A stretch of DNA of 64,000 bases from an uncultured Actinomycetota bacterium (GTDB lineage Bacteria; Actinomycetota; Actinomycetes; JAHEKZ01): contig CAVURN010000001.1 of NCBI GenBank assembly GCA_963743915.1, positions 320,001 through 384,000 on the forward strand, in the 5' to 3' direction. How positions within the stretch are numbered: position 1 is the stretch's first letter; the number at the start of each line of letters is the position of its first letter. The translations under genes and the position numbers were made by a program. The notes below the pieces were generated by a model. It was given only the letters and a program-made list of their open reading frames with translations, searched no databases and was not told the origin of the DNA. Positions 55,157 to 64,000 of this stretch are shown piece after piece.

Positions 55157-55178
55157 ACGATAGGTGGGGGGTCTGACA
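55157..55178 (-). promoter_or_regulatory. PafBC-type (RecA-independent DNA-damage) promoter
   Basis: Minus strand TGTCAG-N10-TATCGT, matching TGTCGG-N10-TA-N3-T with one substitution. Confidence 0.7.
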
Positions 55179-55238
55179 GGCTGGTGGGGTCAAATCCGTG
55201 CGTCTCACCCGTCCGTCATACTCGCCCCTGGAGGCACT

Positions 55239-55904
55239 GTGAAACTCCTTCTCACCTCCGGTGGTGTCACGAACCCGAGCATCCGTGCTGCGCTGGTCGA
55301 GCTGCTGGGCAAGCCGATCGCTGAGAGCAACGCTCTGTGCATCCCGACGGCTCAGTGGGGCCATCCCATGTGCGGTCCGACGTCGGTTCGCGACTTCGTG
55401 GCCGGCGATCCGCCCTCGTTCATGACGGGCCTGGGGTGGCTTTCCACCGGCGTCCTGGAGCTCACCGCACTGCCTAGCCTCACCGAGGAGCGCTGGGTGC
55501 CGTGGGTGCAGGAGGCCGACGTGCTGCTGGTGGACGGCGGTGACGCGATGTTCCTGTCGCACTGGATGCGGCAGTCCGGGCTGGCGAACCTGCTGCCGTC
55601 GCTGTCCGACACGGTCTGGGTGGGCGTCAGCGCGGGGAGCATGGTGATGACGCCTCGCATCGGCAAGGACTTCGTGGAATGGCAGCCTTCATCGGGCGAC
55701 CGCACCCTTGGCCTCGTTGACTTCTCGATCTTCCCGCACGTGGGTCACGAGCTGATGCCGGAGAACACCATGGCCGAGGCAGAGCGATGGGCCGCCGACA
55801 TCGAAGGCCCTGCCTACGCCGTGGACGACCAGACAGCGATCGTGGTGGTCGACGACCGGGTCGAGGTCGTCTCCGAAGGACAATGGAAGTTCTTCGCTGA
55901 GTAG
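55239..55904 (+). CDS. Peptidase E / type 1 glutamine amidotransferase-like (S51) protein
   Basis: KLLLTSGG, CIPTA, DGGD, GVSAGS nucleophile elbow, FPH, YAVDDQTA. Confidence 0.88.
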   Translation: MKLLLTSGGVTNPSIRAALVELLGKPIAESNALCIPTAQWGHPMCGPTSVRDFVAGDPPSFMTGLGWLSTGVLELTALPSLTEERWVPWVQEADVLLVDGGDAMFLSHWMRQSGLANLLPSLSDTVWVGVSAGSMVMTPRIGKDFVEWQPSSGDRTLGLVDFSIFPHVGHELMPENTMAEAERWAADIEGPAYAVDDQTAIVVVDDRVEVVSEGQWKFFAE

Positions 55905-55914
55905 GTGCCGGCGG

Positions 55915-57198
55915 CTACATCTCGCGTATCAGCGCATCGATGTCGCGCGGTGCCCGCTCCGACGGTGCCTGCGCAGGCTCCCCCACGGCGACCGCACCCA
56001 TCGGCTGCCAGTCCTCAGGCAGATCCAGCTCGGTCCGGACGACATCCGGGCAGAACAGGGTCGACGAGATCCACGCCGACCCCAGTCCGCGCGTGGAGAG
56101 CGCGACGAGGAAGTTCTCGATGCCGGCGCCCATCGACAGCAGGAACATCGCGTGCTCGGCCTCAGACCGCCGTCGATCCGGGTAGTCGTGCCGACCGGTC
56201 TCGACCAGGCACGGAACCACGACGAGGGGCGCGCGCCGCAGGACGTCGCCGCGCCGCACCCGACGTTCGACCGAGGCGGGGTCGAGTCCGTCGGCGGCAA
56301 GGTCCGCTCGCCACTGCTCCGCCATCGCGTCGAGCAGCGCGGTTCTTCGCCCAGCGTCGGAGAGCACCACGAAGCGCCATGGCGTGGTGTGGTGCGGAGC
56401 GGGTGCGGTGACCGCGTCCTGCACAGCCGCCCGGACGAGCGCGCCGTCGACCGGAGCGTCCGCGAACTCCCGCACGGTGCGGCGGGACCGCAGAACCTCG
56501 AAGGTGCCGAGCGGGAACAGGTCCTCACCCCGTGGCCGGACGAGAGAGGTCGCCCCCGGACCGTCGTCGTCGGTGACCAGGTGTGAGAGCCCACGCACGA
56601 CGGCGACGGGCGTTCCCGCTGCCTTGCCCATCACGAGCTGCGCGGCCCCGGCGATCTCATCGGCCACGGCGGGGAGCGTCGCACTGAGCCGGTGGCCGTT
56701 CCGGTCGAACGTGCCGCGCAGGTCGACGACAGCCTGGAGGCCGGCGGCCCCGATCGCGATGTCCGTCTGCCCGACCCTCCAGGGTCGGCCGGCGGTGTCG
56801 GTCACGAGGACGCCGACCGAGCAGCCGAGCCGCTTCCGCAACGCCCCCCGGAGCCGGACGGCCGACGCGTCGGGGTCGTCGGGGAGCAGGACGACGTTGC
56901 CGTCCTCGACGTTGCTGGCGTCGACGCCTGCGGCAGCGAGCACCAGCCCGTGCCTGGTCTCGACGATCGCCAGGTCGTCACGGCGCGCGACCACGCGGAC
57001 GGTCTCGTCCTCGATCACCGACGCGCGCGACCCACTGGTGACGACCCGACCCTCGGCCTTGCTCACCGCCTTGCTGGACACCACCACGACGTCGCCGTCC
57101 TGCAGCCCTTCGTACGCCACCGCGATCAGCGTCGCGAGGTCGTCGCCGGGGCGGATCTCGCCGATGCCCTCCAGGGCGGTGACGTGGAAGCTGCCCAC
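55915..57198 (-). CDS. fbiB: Coenzyme F420-0:L-glutamate ligase with C-terminal nitroreductase domain
   Basis: [33 protein letters not shown]; [17 protein letters not shown]. Confidence 0.94.
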   Translation of the reverse strand: MGSFHVTALEGIGEIRPGDDLATLIAVAYEGLQDGDVVVVSSKAVSKAEGRVVTSGSRASVIEDETVRVVARRDDLAIVETRHGLVLAAAGVDASNVEDGNVVLLPDDPDASAVRLRGALRKRLGCSVGVLVTDTAGRPWRVGQTDIAIGAAGLQAVVDLRGTFDRNGHRLSATLPAVADEIAGAAQLVMGKAAGTPVAVVRGLSHLVTDDDGPGATSLVRPRGEDLFPLGTFEVLRSRRTVREFADAPVDGALVRAAVQDAVTAPAPHHTTPWRFVVLSDAGRRTALLDAMAEQWRADLAADGLDPASVERRVRRGDVLRRAPLVVVPCLVETGRHDYPDRRRSEAEHAMFLLSMGAGIENFLVALSTRGLGSAWISSTLFCPDVVRTELDLPEDWQPMGAVAVGEPAQAPSERAPRDIDALIREM

Positions 57199-57202
57199 AG
57201 GA

Positions 57203-58186
57203 TCAGCGCCGGACGTCGACGGCAAGGTCGAGGGCTGCGCCGGCGATCGCGGCGGCATCCTCGAGGGTCGTCATCAGCAGCGGACGCGACCGCTGCGCGA
57301 CGCCGACCGGTGCCGGTGCGTGGGCGTCCTGCTCGGCGACCAGCCACCCGTCGAGCAGGCCGCCACCGATCCGGGCGCCGTAGTGGGCGGCCACGGCTGC
57401 CGCGCTCGTCTCGACACCGATGGCCGAGAGGCACGCGTCCGCCATGCCTCGTACGGGTGCGCCGCCGACGATGGGGGAGACGCCGACCACGGGGGCGGCG
57501 GTCATCCGCAGAGTCTCGGCGATCCCAGTGACCTGGAGCACGGCGCCGATGCTCACCACCGGGTTGGAGGGCGGCAGGAGCACCGCGTCGGCGTCGCGGA
57601 TGGCCTCGATCACCCCGGGGGCGGGTTTGGCCTCGGGGGCGCCGAGGAAGACGAACTCCTGGGCCGCGCGAGCCGCGTGCTCGCGGACCCACCACTCCTG
57701 GAAGTGGAGGGCCTGGCGCGCGCCGTTCTCGTCGAGCACCACGACGTGGGTCTCGACCGGGTCGTCGCTCATGGGCAGGAGCCGCACCCCGGGCTGCCAG
57801 CGGGCGCACAACGCAGCCGTGACGTGGGACAGCGACCACCCGGCCCGGAGCATCTGGGTGCGGACGACGTGGGTGGCGAAGTCCCGGTCGCCGAGGGTGA
57901 ACCACTCCGGCGGCACCTCGTAGGCGGCAAGCTCCTCGCGCAGGGTGAAGGTCTCGTCCGCGCGCCCCCAGCCCTGCTCCTCGTCGATCCCTCCGCCCAA
58001 CGTGTACATGACCGTGTCGAGGTCGGGACAGACCCGGAGGCCGAACAGGGTGATGTCGTCCGCGGTGTTGCCGACCACCGTGACCTCGGCGTCCGCCCAC
58101 TCGTCGGTGCGGGACGGGAGGTGGTGGAGCAGTCCGCGCAGGAACCGGGCCGCGCCGATACCCCCTGCCAGTGCGGTGATCTGCAT
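57203..58186 (-). CDS. fbiA: 2-phospho-L-lactate transferase (CofD)
   Basis: [39 protein letters not shown]. Confidence 0.95.
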   Translation of the reverse strand: MQITALAGGIGAARFLRGLLHHLPSRTDEWADAEVTVVGNTADDITLFGLRVCPDLDTVMYTLGGGIDEEQGWGRADETFTLREELAAYEVPPEWFTLGDRDFATHVVRTQMLRAGWSLSHVTAALCARWQPGVRLLPMSDDPVETHVVVLDENGARQALHFQEWWVREHAARAAQEFVFLGAPEAKPAPGVIEAIRDADAVLLPPSNPVVSIGAVLQVTGIAETLRMTAAPVVGVSPIVGGAPVRGMADACLSAIGVETSAAAVAAHYGARIGGGLLDGWLVAEQDAHAPAPVGVAQRSRPLLMTTLEDAAAIAGAALDLAVDVRR

Positions 58187-58228
58187 GGCAGCATCCTGTC
58201 AGTGAGCACCTCTCGAGATCTGTCGGCC

Positions 58229-59059
58229 ATGGCGACCCGTTGGCGCGAGCACCTGGAGGCCTGGGCGATCCCGCCGGACATCCTGGCGGCGGCGCCGGCC
58301 GACCCCTGGGCGCATCCGGTCAGCCGCTTCGCGGGTCGCGCGGACCGCGCCGTCGCGGAGGCCGACGGGATCTCGTTCGAACGGGCCGCGGAGGTGCTGC
58401 GCCCGTCACCGGGTTCGGTGCTCGACGTCGGTGCCGGTGCGGGTGCCGCCTCACTGCCGCTCCACCCTTGGGCGACCGCGGTGACGGCGGTGGACACCTC
58501 ACCGGACATGCTCGCCGCGTTCCGTGAGCGGGCCGACGGGCTCGGTCTCGAGCACCGCGAGATCGAGGGGCGGTGGCCGGACGCCGCACCGGACACCGGC
58601 GTGCACGACGTCGTGGTCGCGCACCACGTCGTCTTCAACGTGCCCGACCTCGTGCCGTTCCTGCAGGGGCTCGACGCCCACGCCGCGCGTCGGGTCGTGC
58701 TGGAGCTTCCTCCCCACCACCCGCTGTCGTGGATGAACTTCCTGTGGGAGCAGTTCCACGACTTGGCTCGCCCCTCCGGCCCGACGGCGGGGGACGTGGT
58801 CGAGATCCTGAGCGAGCTCGGCTACCCCGACCTGCAGGCGGAGTACTGGATCCGTCACGACCCGTCCGCGGCTGGCGGCGGCGTCGACGAGACGCTCGAG
58901 GAGCGCGCCGCCCAGGTCACCCAGCGCCTGTGTCTGCCACCCGAGCGGGCGCCCGAGGTGGCTGCGGCGATCAAGGACGTCGACGCGGGGTACCACCGGG
59001 ACGTCGTGACGATCAGCTGGACGCCGGGATCAGCACCTCGAAGCGACACCCTCCGCTGA
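58229..59059 (+). CDS. Class I SAM-dependent methyltransferase
   Basis: WAIPPDIL, VLDVGAGAG, AVDTS, DVVVAHHVVFNV; start could be GTG at 58202. Confidence 0.85.
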   Translation: MATRWREHLEAWAIPPDILAAAPADPWAHPVSRFAGRADRAVAEADGISFERAAEVLRPSPGSVLDVGAGAGAASLPLHPWATAVTAVDTSPDMLAAFRERADGLGLEHREIEGRWPDAAPDTGVHDVVVAHHVVFNVPDLVPFLQGLDAHAARRVVLELPPHHPLSWMNFLWEQFHDLARPSGPTAGDVVEILSELGYPDLQAEYWIRHDPSAAGGGVDETLEERAAQVTQRLCLPPERAPEVAAAIKDVDAGYHRDVVTISWTPGSAPRSDTLR

Positions 59060-60026
59060 CGTTCGCGACACGTACCTCACCGTCGTGGGCGACGACGATG
59101 CCGCGGACGATTGCCAGACCAAGGCCGGCTCCACTCTCGCCCGGGGTTCGCGCCTGGTCGCCGCGGTACCCGGCTTCGAAGACGCGCGCGAGCTCAGCGT
59201 CCGGGATCCCGCCGCACGCGTCGGTCACCGTCACCGTCGCCGTGCCGTCCACGACGGACGCGGTGACCTGCACCGTGCCGTCGTCGGGCGTGTGCCGGAT
59301 GGCGTTGCCGATCAGGTTGGCGATGGCGCGACGCAGCTCGCGCTCGTCCGCGGCAATGGTGTCGCCGGTTCCTGGCTCGGCTTCCGCCGCCAGACGCACC
59401 CCCCGGGCGGCGGCCAGGGGCGCAGCCGCGGCGACGACGTCGCCCACGACGTCGGTGAGCGAGATCTGCTCGCGGACAAGCCGCAGCGCACCGGCGTTGA
59501 TCCGGGAGAGCTCGAAGAGGTCGTCCACCATCCCGGTGAGCCGGTCGACCTCGGTCCGCAGCTGGCGGTGGTACCGCTCAGGATCAGGTGCCACCCCGTC
59601 CTCGAGCGCCTCGGTCATCGCCCGCATCCCGGCCAGGGGCGTCCGAAGGTCGTGGGAGATCCAGGCCACCAGCTCACGGCGGGTCCGCTCGGCCTCGTCG
59701 GCGCGCGCCCGATCTTCGGCGAGCTCACGCGAGTGCCGCTCGAGCTGGTCTACGCGCCGGGCGAGCACCAGCCCGGTCACCACCGCGACGACGCCGGCCG
59801 CAGCGCAGATGACGAGCACCACGCCGAGGTCGTGTGAGGAGAGGAACATCCGCTGGGCCGTGGCGACCACACCGACCACGACCGCGACGACCGCGGTGAC
59901 AGGTGCGAGCCACGCGAGCGTGCGTGCCGACCGTCGGCCCAGCAGATGCAGCACACCCAGCCCGATGGCCCCGACGACGGCGCTGCTCACCACGGCGGTC
60001 AGAGCCACGGCGAGCCAGGGGTTCAC
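59013..60026 (-). CDS. Sensor histidine kinase (intramembrane-sensing type)
   Basis: Three TM segments, WISHDLRTPL, NLIGNAIRH, DACGGI, GAGLGL. Confidence 0.9.
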   Translation of the reverse strand: MNPWLAVALTAVVSSAVVGAIGLGVLHLLGRRSARTLAWLAPVTAVVAVVVGVVATAQRMFLSSHDLGVVLVICAAAGVVAVVTGLVLARRVDQLERHSRELAEDRARADEAERTRRELVAWISHDLRTPLAGMRAMTEALEDGVAPDPERYHRQLRTEVDRLTGMVDDLFELSRINAGALRLVREQISLTDVVGDVVAAAAPLAAARGVRLAAEAEPGTGDTIAADERELRRAIANLIGNAIRHTPDDGTVQVTASVVDGTATVTVTDACGGIPDAELARVFEAGYRGDQARTPGESGAGLGLAIVRGIVVAHDGEVRVANVSGGCRFEVLIPASS

Positions 60027-60787
60027 GTCGTCACCTCGCTCGGGTCCCACCGGTAGCCGACACCCCAGACCGTCATGAGCCGGCACGGGGCAGTGGTGTC
60101 GGGCTCGACCTTCTCGCGCAGTCGTCGGACGTGCACGGTGACCGTTGACTGGTCGCCGAACGACCAGCCCCAGACCTGCTCCATCAGCTCAGCGCGGGTG
60201 AACGCGCGACCGGTGTTGGCCAGCAGGAATGCGAGCAGGTCGAACTCCCTGCTGGTCAGGGGGAGCGGTTCCCCTGCGCGCATGGCGGTGTGCGCCGCGG
60301 TGTCGAGGACGAGGTCTCCGTCGCGGAGGACTCGGTGGTGAGGTGTCGCCGCAGGCGCAGCGGAGTCACGGGCAGCGCGGCGCAGAACCGACTGCACGCG
60401 CAGCACGAGCTCGCGCGGGCTGAACGGCTTGGTGACGTAGTCGTCGGCGCCGACCTCGAGCCCCAGGACGCGGTCGACCTCGTCGCCGAGGGCGGTCAGC
60501 ATGATGACCGGCACATCGGACGTGGCTCGGAGGCGGCGGCACACCTCGAGCCCGTCCAGGTCCGGCAGCATCAGGTCGAGCACGACGAGGTCGGGGGCGG
60601 CCGCGGCGAAAGCGGACAGCGCCGACGACCCGTCCCCGGCGTGGACGGCGTGCAGACCCGCCCGTTCGAGGTAGGTGACCACCACCTCGGCCACCGTCGG
60701 GTCGTCGTCCACCACGAGAACCGTCGTCGTTCGCCCGACCTCGGTGCCTGCCTGGCCCGCGAGGTCGTCCTGCGGTGGCCTGCTCAC
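60023..60787 (-). CDS. OmpR-family response regulator
   Basis: VLVVDDD, LDLMLP, KPFSPREL, TVTVHVRRLREK; exact start uncertain. Confidence 0.9.
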   Translation of the reverse strand: MSRPPQDDLAGQAGTEVGRTTTVLVVDDDPTVAEVVVTYLERAGLHAVHAGDGSSALSAFAAAAPDLVVLDLMLPDLDGLEVCRRLRATSDVPVIMLTALGDEVDRVLGLEVGADDYVTKPFSPRELVLRVQSVLRRAARDSAAPAATPHHRVLRDGDLVLDTAAHTAMRAGEPLPLTSREFDLLAFLLANTGRAFTRAELMEQVWGWSFGDQSTVTVHVRRLREKVEPDTTAPCRLMTVWGVGYRWDPSEVTT

Positions 60788-60833
60788 GGCGTCAGGGTAC
60801 GTCCGGGGCGCCGCGAGCAGGCCGGTCCGAAGG

Positions 60834-61259
60834 TCAGCCACCGGCCACCGGGCAGACGAAGTCAGCCGACGGAACGCGGGTGATGGTGATGTGTCCGGCG
60901 GCCTGCGCCGCCAGGACCGCCTCGTCCGAGGTGAGCAGGTACGGCGCTCTGTTCCACGTGACCAAGTGCACGGCCCATCGGCCACCGTGGTAGTTGTCCC
61001 CGGGGGCTACTGCGGTCACTGACAGCTGTCCGGGCACGCCACCGACGACGGGGTAGATGTCATCGACACCCCTGCCCGGCATGCTCGTCGGCGTCGCGAC
61101 CGTGCGCACCGTCGTCCCGTCGTAGAAGAGCCGACCGAAGTTGGCTCCGGAAGGCGTGGTGCTGTCCGCGACGGCCGGAGTGGCACTGACGGCGAGTGGA
61201 GTGACGACGAATGCCGCGGTCATCAGTACCGCGGCGATGGGTCGAGCAGGGAATCTCAT
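60834..61259 (-). CDS. Secreted hypothetical protein (141 aa)
   Basis: Signal peptide ending AVA, GAAGGAG RBS; C-terminal YHGGRW.V..V.W...LLTS...CPV. Confidence 0.82.
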   Translation of the reverse strand: MRFPARPIAAVLMTAAFVVTPLAVSATPAVADSTTPSGANFGRLFYDGTTVRTVATPTSMPGRGVDDIYPVVGGVPGQLSVTAVAPGDNYHGGRWAVHLVTWNRAPYLLTSDEAVLAAQAAGHITITRVPSADFVCPVAGG

Positions 61260-61346
61260 GGGAAGGCTCCTTCTGTTGACGCCGATTCGGACGAGATGAG
61301 CGCTACTGACGCTAGAAAGGCGCCGGCCGGGATCCGAGTGCAGTCC

Positions 61347-61375
61347 GATGACGGAGTCCTTACCGGTCGATGAAC
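61347..61375 (-). promoter_or_regulatory. Possible OmpR-type direct repeats upstream of the secreted protein
   Basis: Minus strand TTCATC / GTAAGG / GTCATC at an 11-bp period. Confidence 0.3.
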
Positions 61376-61399
61376 GTCGTCTTGTCCTAGGCTCGGCGC

Positions 61400-64000
61400 G
61401 TGTCCGACCCCTCCGGCGCCGGTTGGTCCCCGACCGGGGCCGAGATCTCCCGAGCCCTGCGTCGGGCGGCGCGCGGACAGACGCTCGACCTCGACGAGGC
61501 CGGTGCTCTCCTCGCGGCGCGCGGTGCGGCCCTCGACGATCTGCTGCACCTCGCGTCCGAGCTGCGCGACCGTGGCCTGGCCGACGCCGGACGCCCGGGC
61601 GTCATCACCTACTCGCGCAAGGTCTTCATCCCGCTCACCCGGCTCTGCCGCGACCGTTGCCACTACTGCACGTTCGTGGCGGCACCGGGTGACGTCCCGT
61701 CGCCGTACCTGTCACCCGACGAGGTGCTCAGCATCGCCCGGGACGGCGCCGCCCTCGCGTGCAAGGAGGCGCTGTTCACGCTGGGGGACCGGCCGGAGGA
61801 CCGGTGGCCGCAGGCCCGTGACTGGCTCGCCTCGCACGGGTACGACAGCACGGTCGGCTACCTGCGGGCCATGGCGGTGCTCGTGCTCGAGGAGACCGGG
61901 CTGCTTCCCCACCTGAACCCTGGTGTGCTGTCGTGGGACGAGCTCCTGACGCTGAAGGCTGTGGCTCCGTCCATGGGCCTGATGCTCGAGACGACCAGCG
62001 TGCGCCTGTGGTCCGAGCCGGGGCAGCCCCATTTCGGCTCGCCGGACAAGGAGCCCGCCGTGCGGCTCCGCACGCTTGCCGACGCCGGCAGGCTCACCAT
62101 CCCCTTCACCACCGGTCTCCTGGTCGGCATCGGCGAGACGGCCGCTGAGCGGGTGGAGACGCTGTGGGCGATCCGTGCGTCGCACCGGGCGCACCGGCAC
62201 GTCCAGGAGGTGATCGTCCAGAACTTCCGCGCCAAGCCTCGCACGGCGATGGCGACGGCACCGGACGCCGACCCGGACGACTACCTCGCCACCGTCGCGG
62301 TCGCACGGGTGGTGCTCGGGCCAGGGATGCGACTGCAGGCGCCACCGAACCTGTCCGACCCCGAGTCGCTGCCCCGCCTCGTCGCAGCCGGCATCGACGA
62401 CTGGGGCGGCGTCAGCCCACTGACGCCGGACCACATCAACCCGGAGCGTCCCTGGCCCCACCTGACGTCGCTCGCCGAGGCCACGGCGCGGGCGGGCTTC
62501 ACCCTGCGCGAGCGCCTGACCGTGCATCCCTCGTATGTGCGGGCCGGTGAGCCGTGGGTCGAGCCCCGTGTGATCGGACACGTCGAGGCACTGCGTGAGC
62601 CGAGCGGGCTCGCCCGCGAGGGCGTCCGGCCCGCGCCCCGGCCGTGGCAGGAGCCGGACGAGGTGTGGAGCACGGGGCGGGTGGACCTGCACGCGGCCAT
62701 CGACCGGGAGGGGCGTCGCTCGGCCGCCCGCAGCGACCTCCAGGAGGCGTTCGGCGACTGGGACGCGGTCCGGGCCGACGCGATCCGGATCGCTGCGCCG
62801 GTCGCGCGCGGGCGGAGCGCACCGGAACGACTGAGCCCCGAGGTCACGGAGGCCCTGCGGCTCTGCGAGCGCAGCCCCTCGCTCCTGCTCGACCCGGCAC
62901 ACGACGGCTCCGCGCTGGCGGTGCTCGGCGCCCGCGGCCGCGACCTGCAGGCCGTGGTCGCAGTGGCGGACGCGGTCCGTCGCGACACCGTGGGGGAGAC
63001 CGTCACGTACGTGGTCAACCGCAACATCAACTTCACCAACATCTGCTACACGGGGTGCCGGTTCTGCGCCTTCGCGCAGCGCCGCTCGGACCCCGACGCG
63101 TACGCGCTGTCGGTCGAGGATGTCGTCGTCCGCGCCACGGAGGCGTGGGAGGTCGGGGCCACGGAGGTCTGCCTGCAGGGCGGCATCGACCCGCAGCTGC
63201 CCGCCACCCACTACCTCGACCTGGTCCGTGCACTGAAGGCAGCGCTGCCCGAGCTGCACGTCCACGCGTTCAGCCCGATGGAGGTGGCGACCGGGGCGGC
63301 GCGGCTCGGCGTGCCCGTGGCCGAGATGGTGGCCCTGCTCGCGGACGCCGGTCTCGACTCCCTGCCGGGAACCGCCGCCGAGATCCTCGACGACGATGTG
63401 CGATGGGTGCTGACGAAGGGCAAGCTGCCGACGAGCACCTGGGTCGACGTCGTGGAGGCCGCGCACCGCGCGGGACTCCGCACCAGCAGCACGATGATGT
63501 TCGGCCACGTCGATCGGCCCGACCACTGGCTGACCCACCTGCGGGTGCTGGCGCAGGTGCAGGACCGCACCGGCGGGTTCACCGAGTTCGTGCCGCTGCC
63601 GTTCGTCCACCGCTCGGCGCCGCTGTACCTGGCCGGCGTCGGTCGCCCCGGTCCGACCCGCGAGGAGACCCAGGCGGTGCACGCCGCGGCGCGGCTGCTG
63701 CTCCACGGGCGGATCGACCACGTGCAGACCTCCTGGGTCAAGCTCGGGGAGGCCGGGGTGGTGGCGATGCTCGGCTCGGGAGCCGACGACCTCGGCGGCA
63801 CGCTGATGGAGGAGACGATCAGCCGGATGGCCGGCAGCGAGCACGGATCGGCCGCCGGGGTGAAGACCCTCGAGAGGTGGGCGGCGTCCGCCGGACGGCC
63901 GGTCCGGCAGCGGAGCACGACCTACGGCGAGGTGCCGGAAGAGCGTCGGGCGGCCGCCCGGCGGCACGACGGCCTGCTCTCCGCCTCCCTCGCCCTGTGA
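61400..64000 (+). CDS. fbiC: Bifunctional FO synthase (CofG-CofH fusion)
   Basis: Two radical SAM motifs, CRDRCHYC and CYTGCRFC; [12 protein letters not shown]; [14 protein letters not shown]. Confidence 0.95.
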   Translation: MSDPSGAGWSPTGAEISRALRRAARGQTLDLDEAGALLAARGAALDDLLHLASELRDRGLADAGRPGVITYSRKVFIPLTRLCRDRCHYCTFVAAPGDVPSPYLSPDEVLSIARDGAALACKEALFTLGDRPEDRWPQARDWLASHGYDSTVGYLRAMAVLVLEETGLLPHLNPGVLSWDELLTLKAVAPSMGLMLETTSVRLWSEPGQPHFGSPDKEPAVRLRTLADAGRLTIPFTTGLLVGIGETAAERVETLWAIRASHRAHRHVQEVIVQNFRAKPRTAMATAPDADPDDYLATVAVARVVLGPGMRLQAPPNLSDPESLPRLVAAGIDDWGGVSPLTPDHINPERPWPHLTSLAEATARAGFTLRERLTVHPSYVRAGEPWVEPRVIGHVEALREPSGLAREGVRPAPRPWQEPDEVWSTGRVDLHAAIDREGRRSAARSDLQEAFGDWDAVRADAIRIAAPVARGRSAPERLSPEVTEALRLCERSPSLLLDPAHDGSALAVLGARGRDLQAVVAVADAVRRDTVGETVTYVVNRNINFTNICYTGCRFCAFAQRRSDPDAYALSVEDVVVRATEAWEVGATEVCLQGGIDPQLPATHYLDLVRALKAALPELHVHAFSPMEVATGAARLGVPVAEMVALLADAGLDSLPGTAAEILDDDVRWVLTKGKLPTSTWVDVVEAAHRAGLRTSSTMMFGHVDRPDHWLTHLRVLAQVQDRTGGFTEFVPLPFVHRSAPLYLAGVGRPGPTREETQAVHAAARLLLHGRIDHVQTSWVKLGEAGVVAMLGSGADDLGGTLMEETISRMAGSEHGSAAGVKTLERWAASAGRPVRQRSTTYGEVPEERRAAARRHDGLLSASLAL

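Noticed and set aside
56384-58228. Apparent 891-aa methyltransferase
   Set aside because: The N-terminal part is antisense to fbiA/fbiB; only the last ~276 aa look real

Overview
High-GC actinobacterial chromosomal segment, almost entirely core genes: sdhCDA, an acyl-CoA ligase/acyl-CoA dehydrogenase/class III aminotransferase divergon, mprAB-htrA, a split methylmalonyl-CoA mutase, lpdA, an acyl-CoA carboxylase locus (alpha, maf, epsilon, beta, birA), a DraRK-like two-component system, nrtR-nadABC, purKE, a cell-wall locus (two LCP proteins, wzm/wzt-type ABC transporter, TIGR03089, PGRP amidase, SpoIID protein, mannose-1-P guanylyltransferase), a DUF222-HNH gene and the F420 genes fbiB, fbiA and fbiC. 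No rRNA, tRNA, CRISPR array or transposase was seen. The most striking signal is a tandem array of three paralogous GAF-GGDEF-GAF-like diguanylate cyclases. Each has its own sigma28 (FliA/WhiG)-type promoter, TCAAG-N15/16-(G/C)(C/T)CGAT. Close variants of this motif precede an unknown 143-aa protein and both secreted peptidoglycan hydrolases, suggesting a sigma28/c-di-GMP regulon. Other regulatory sites visible in the sequence: four phased MprA-type boxes, an NrtR operator, a PafBC-type promoter and an orphan 18-bp operator. A 19-codon vestige of a UDP-glucose dehydrogenase gene is also present. Five genes carry single-base frameshifts in G/C runs, most likely long-read assembly errors. All calls come from reading the sequence; no searches were run.
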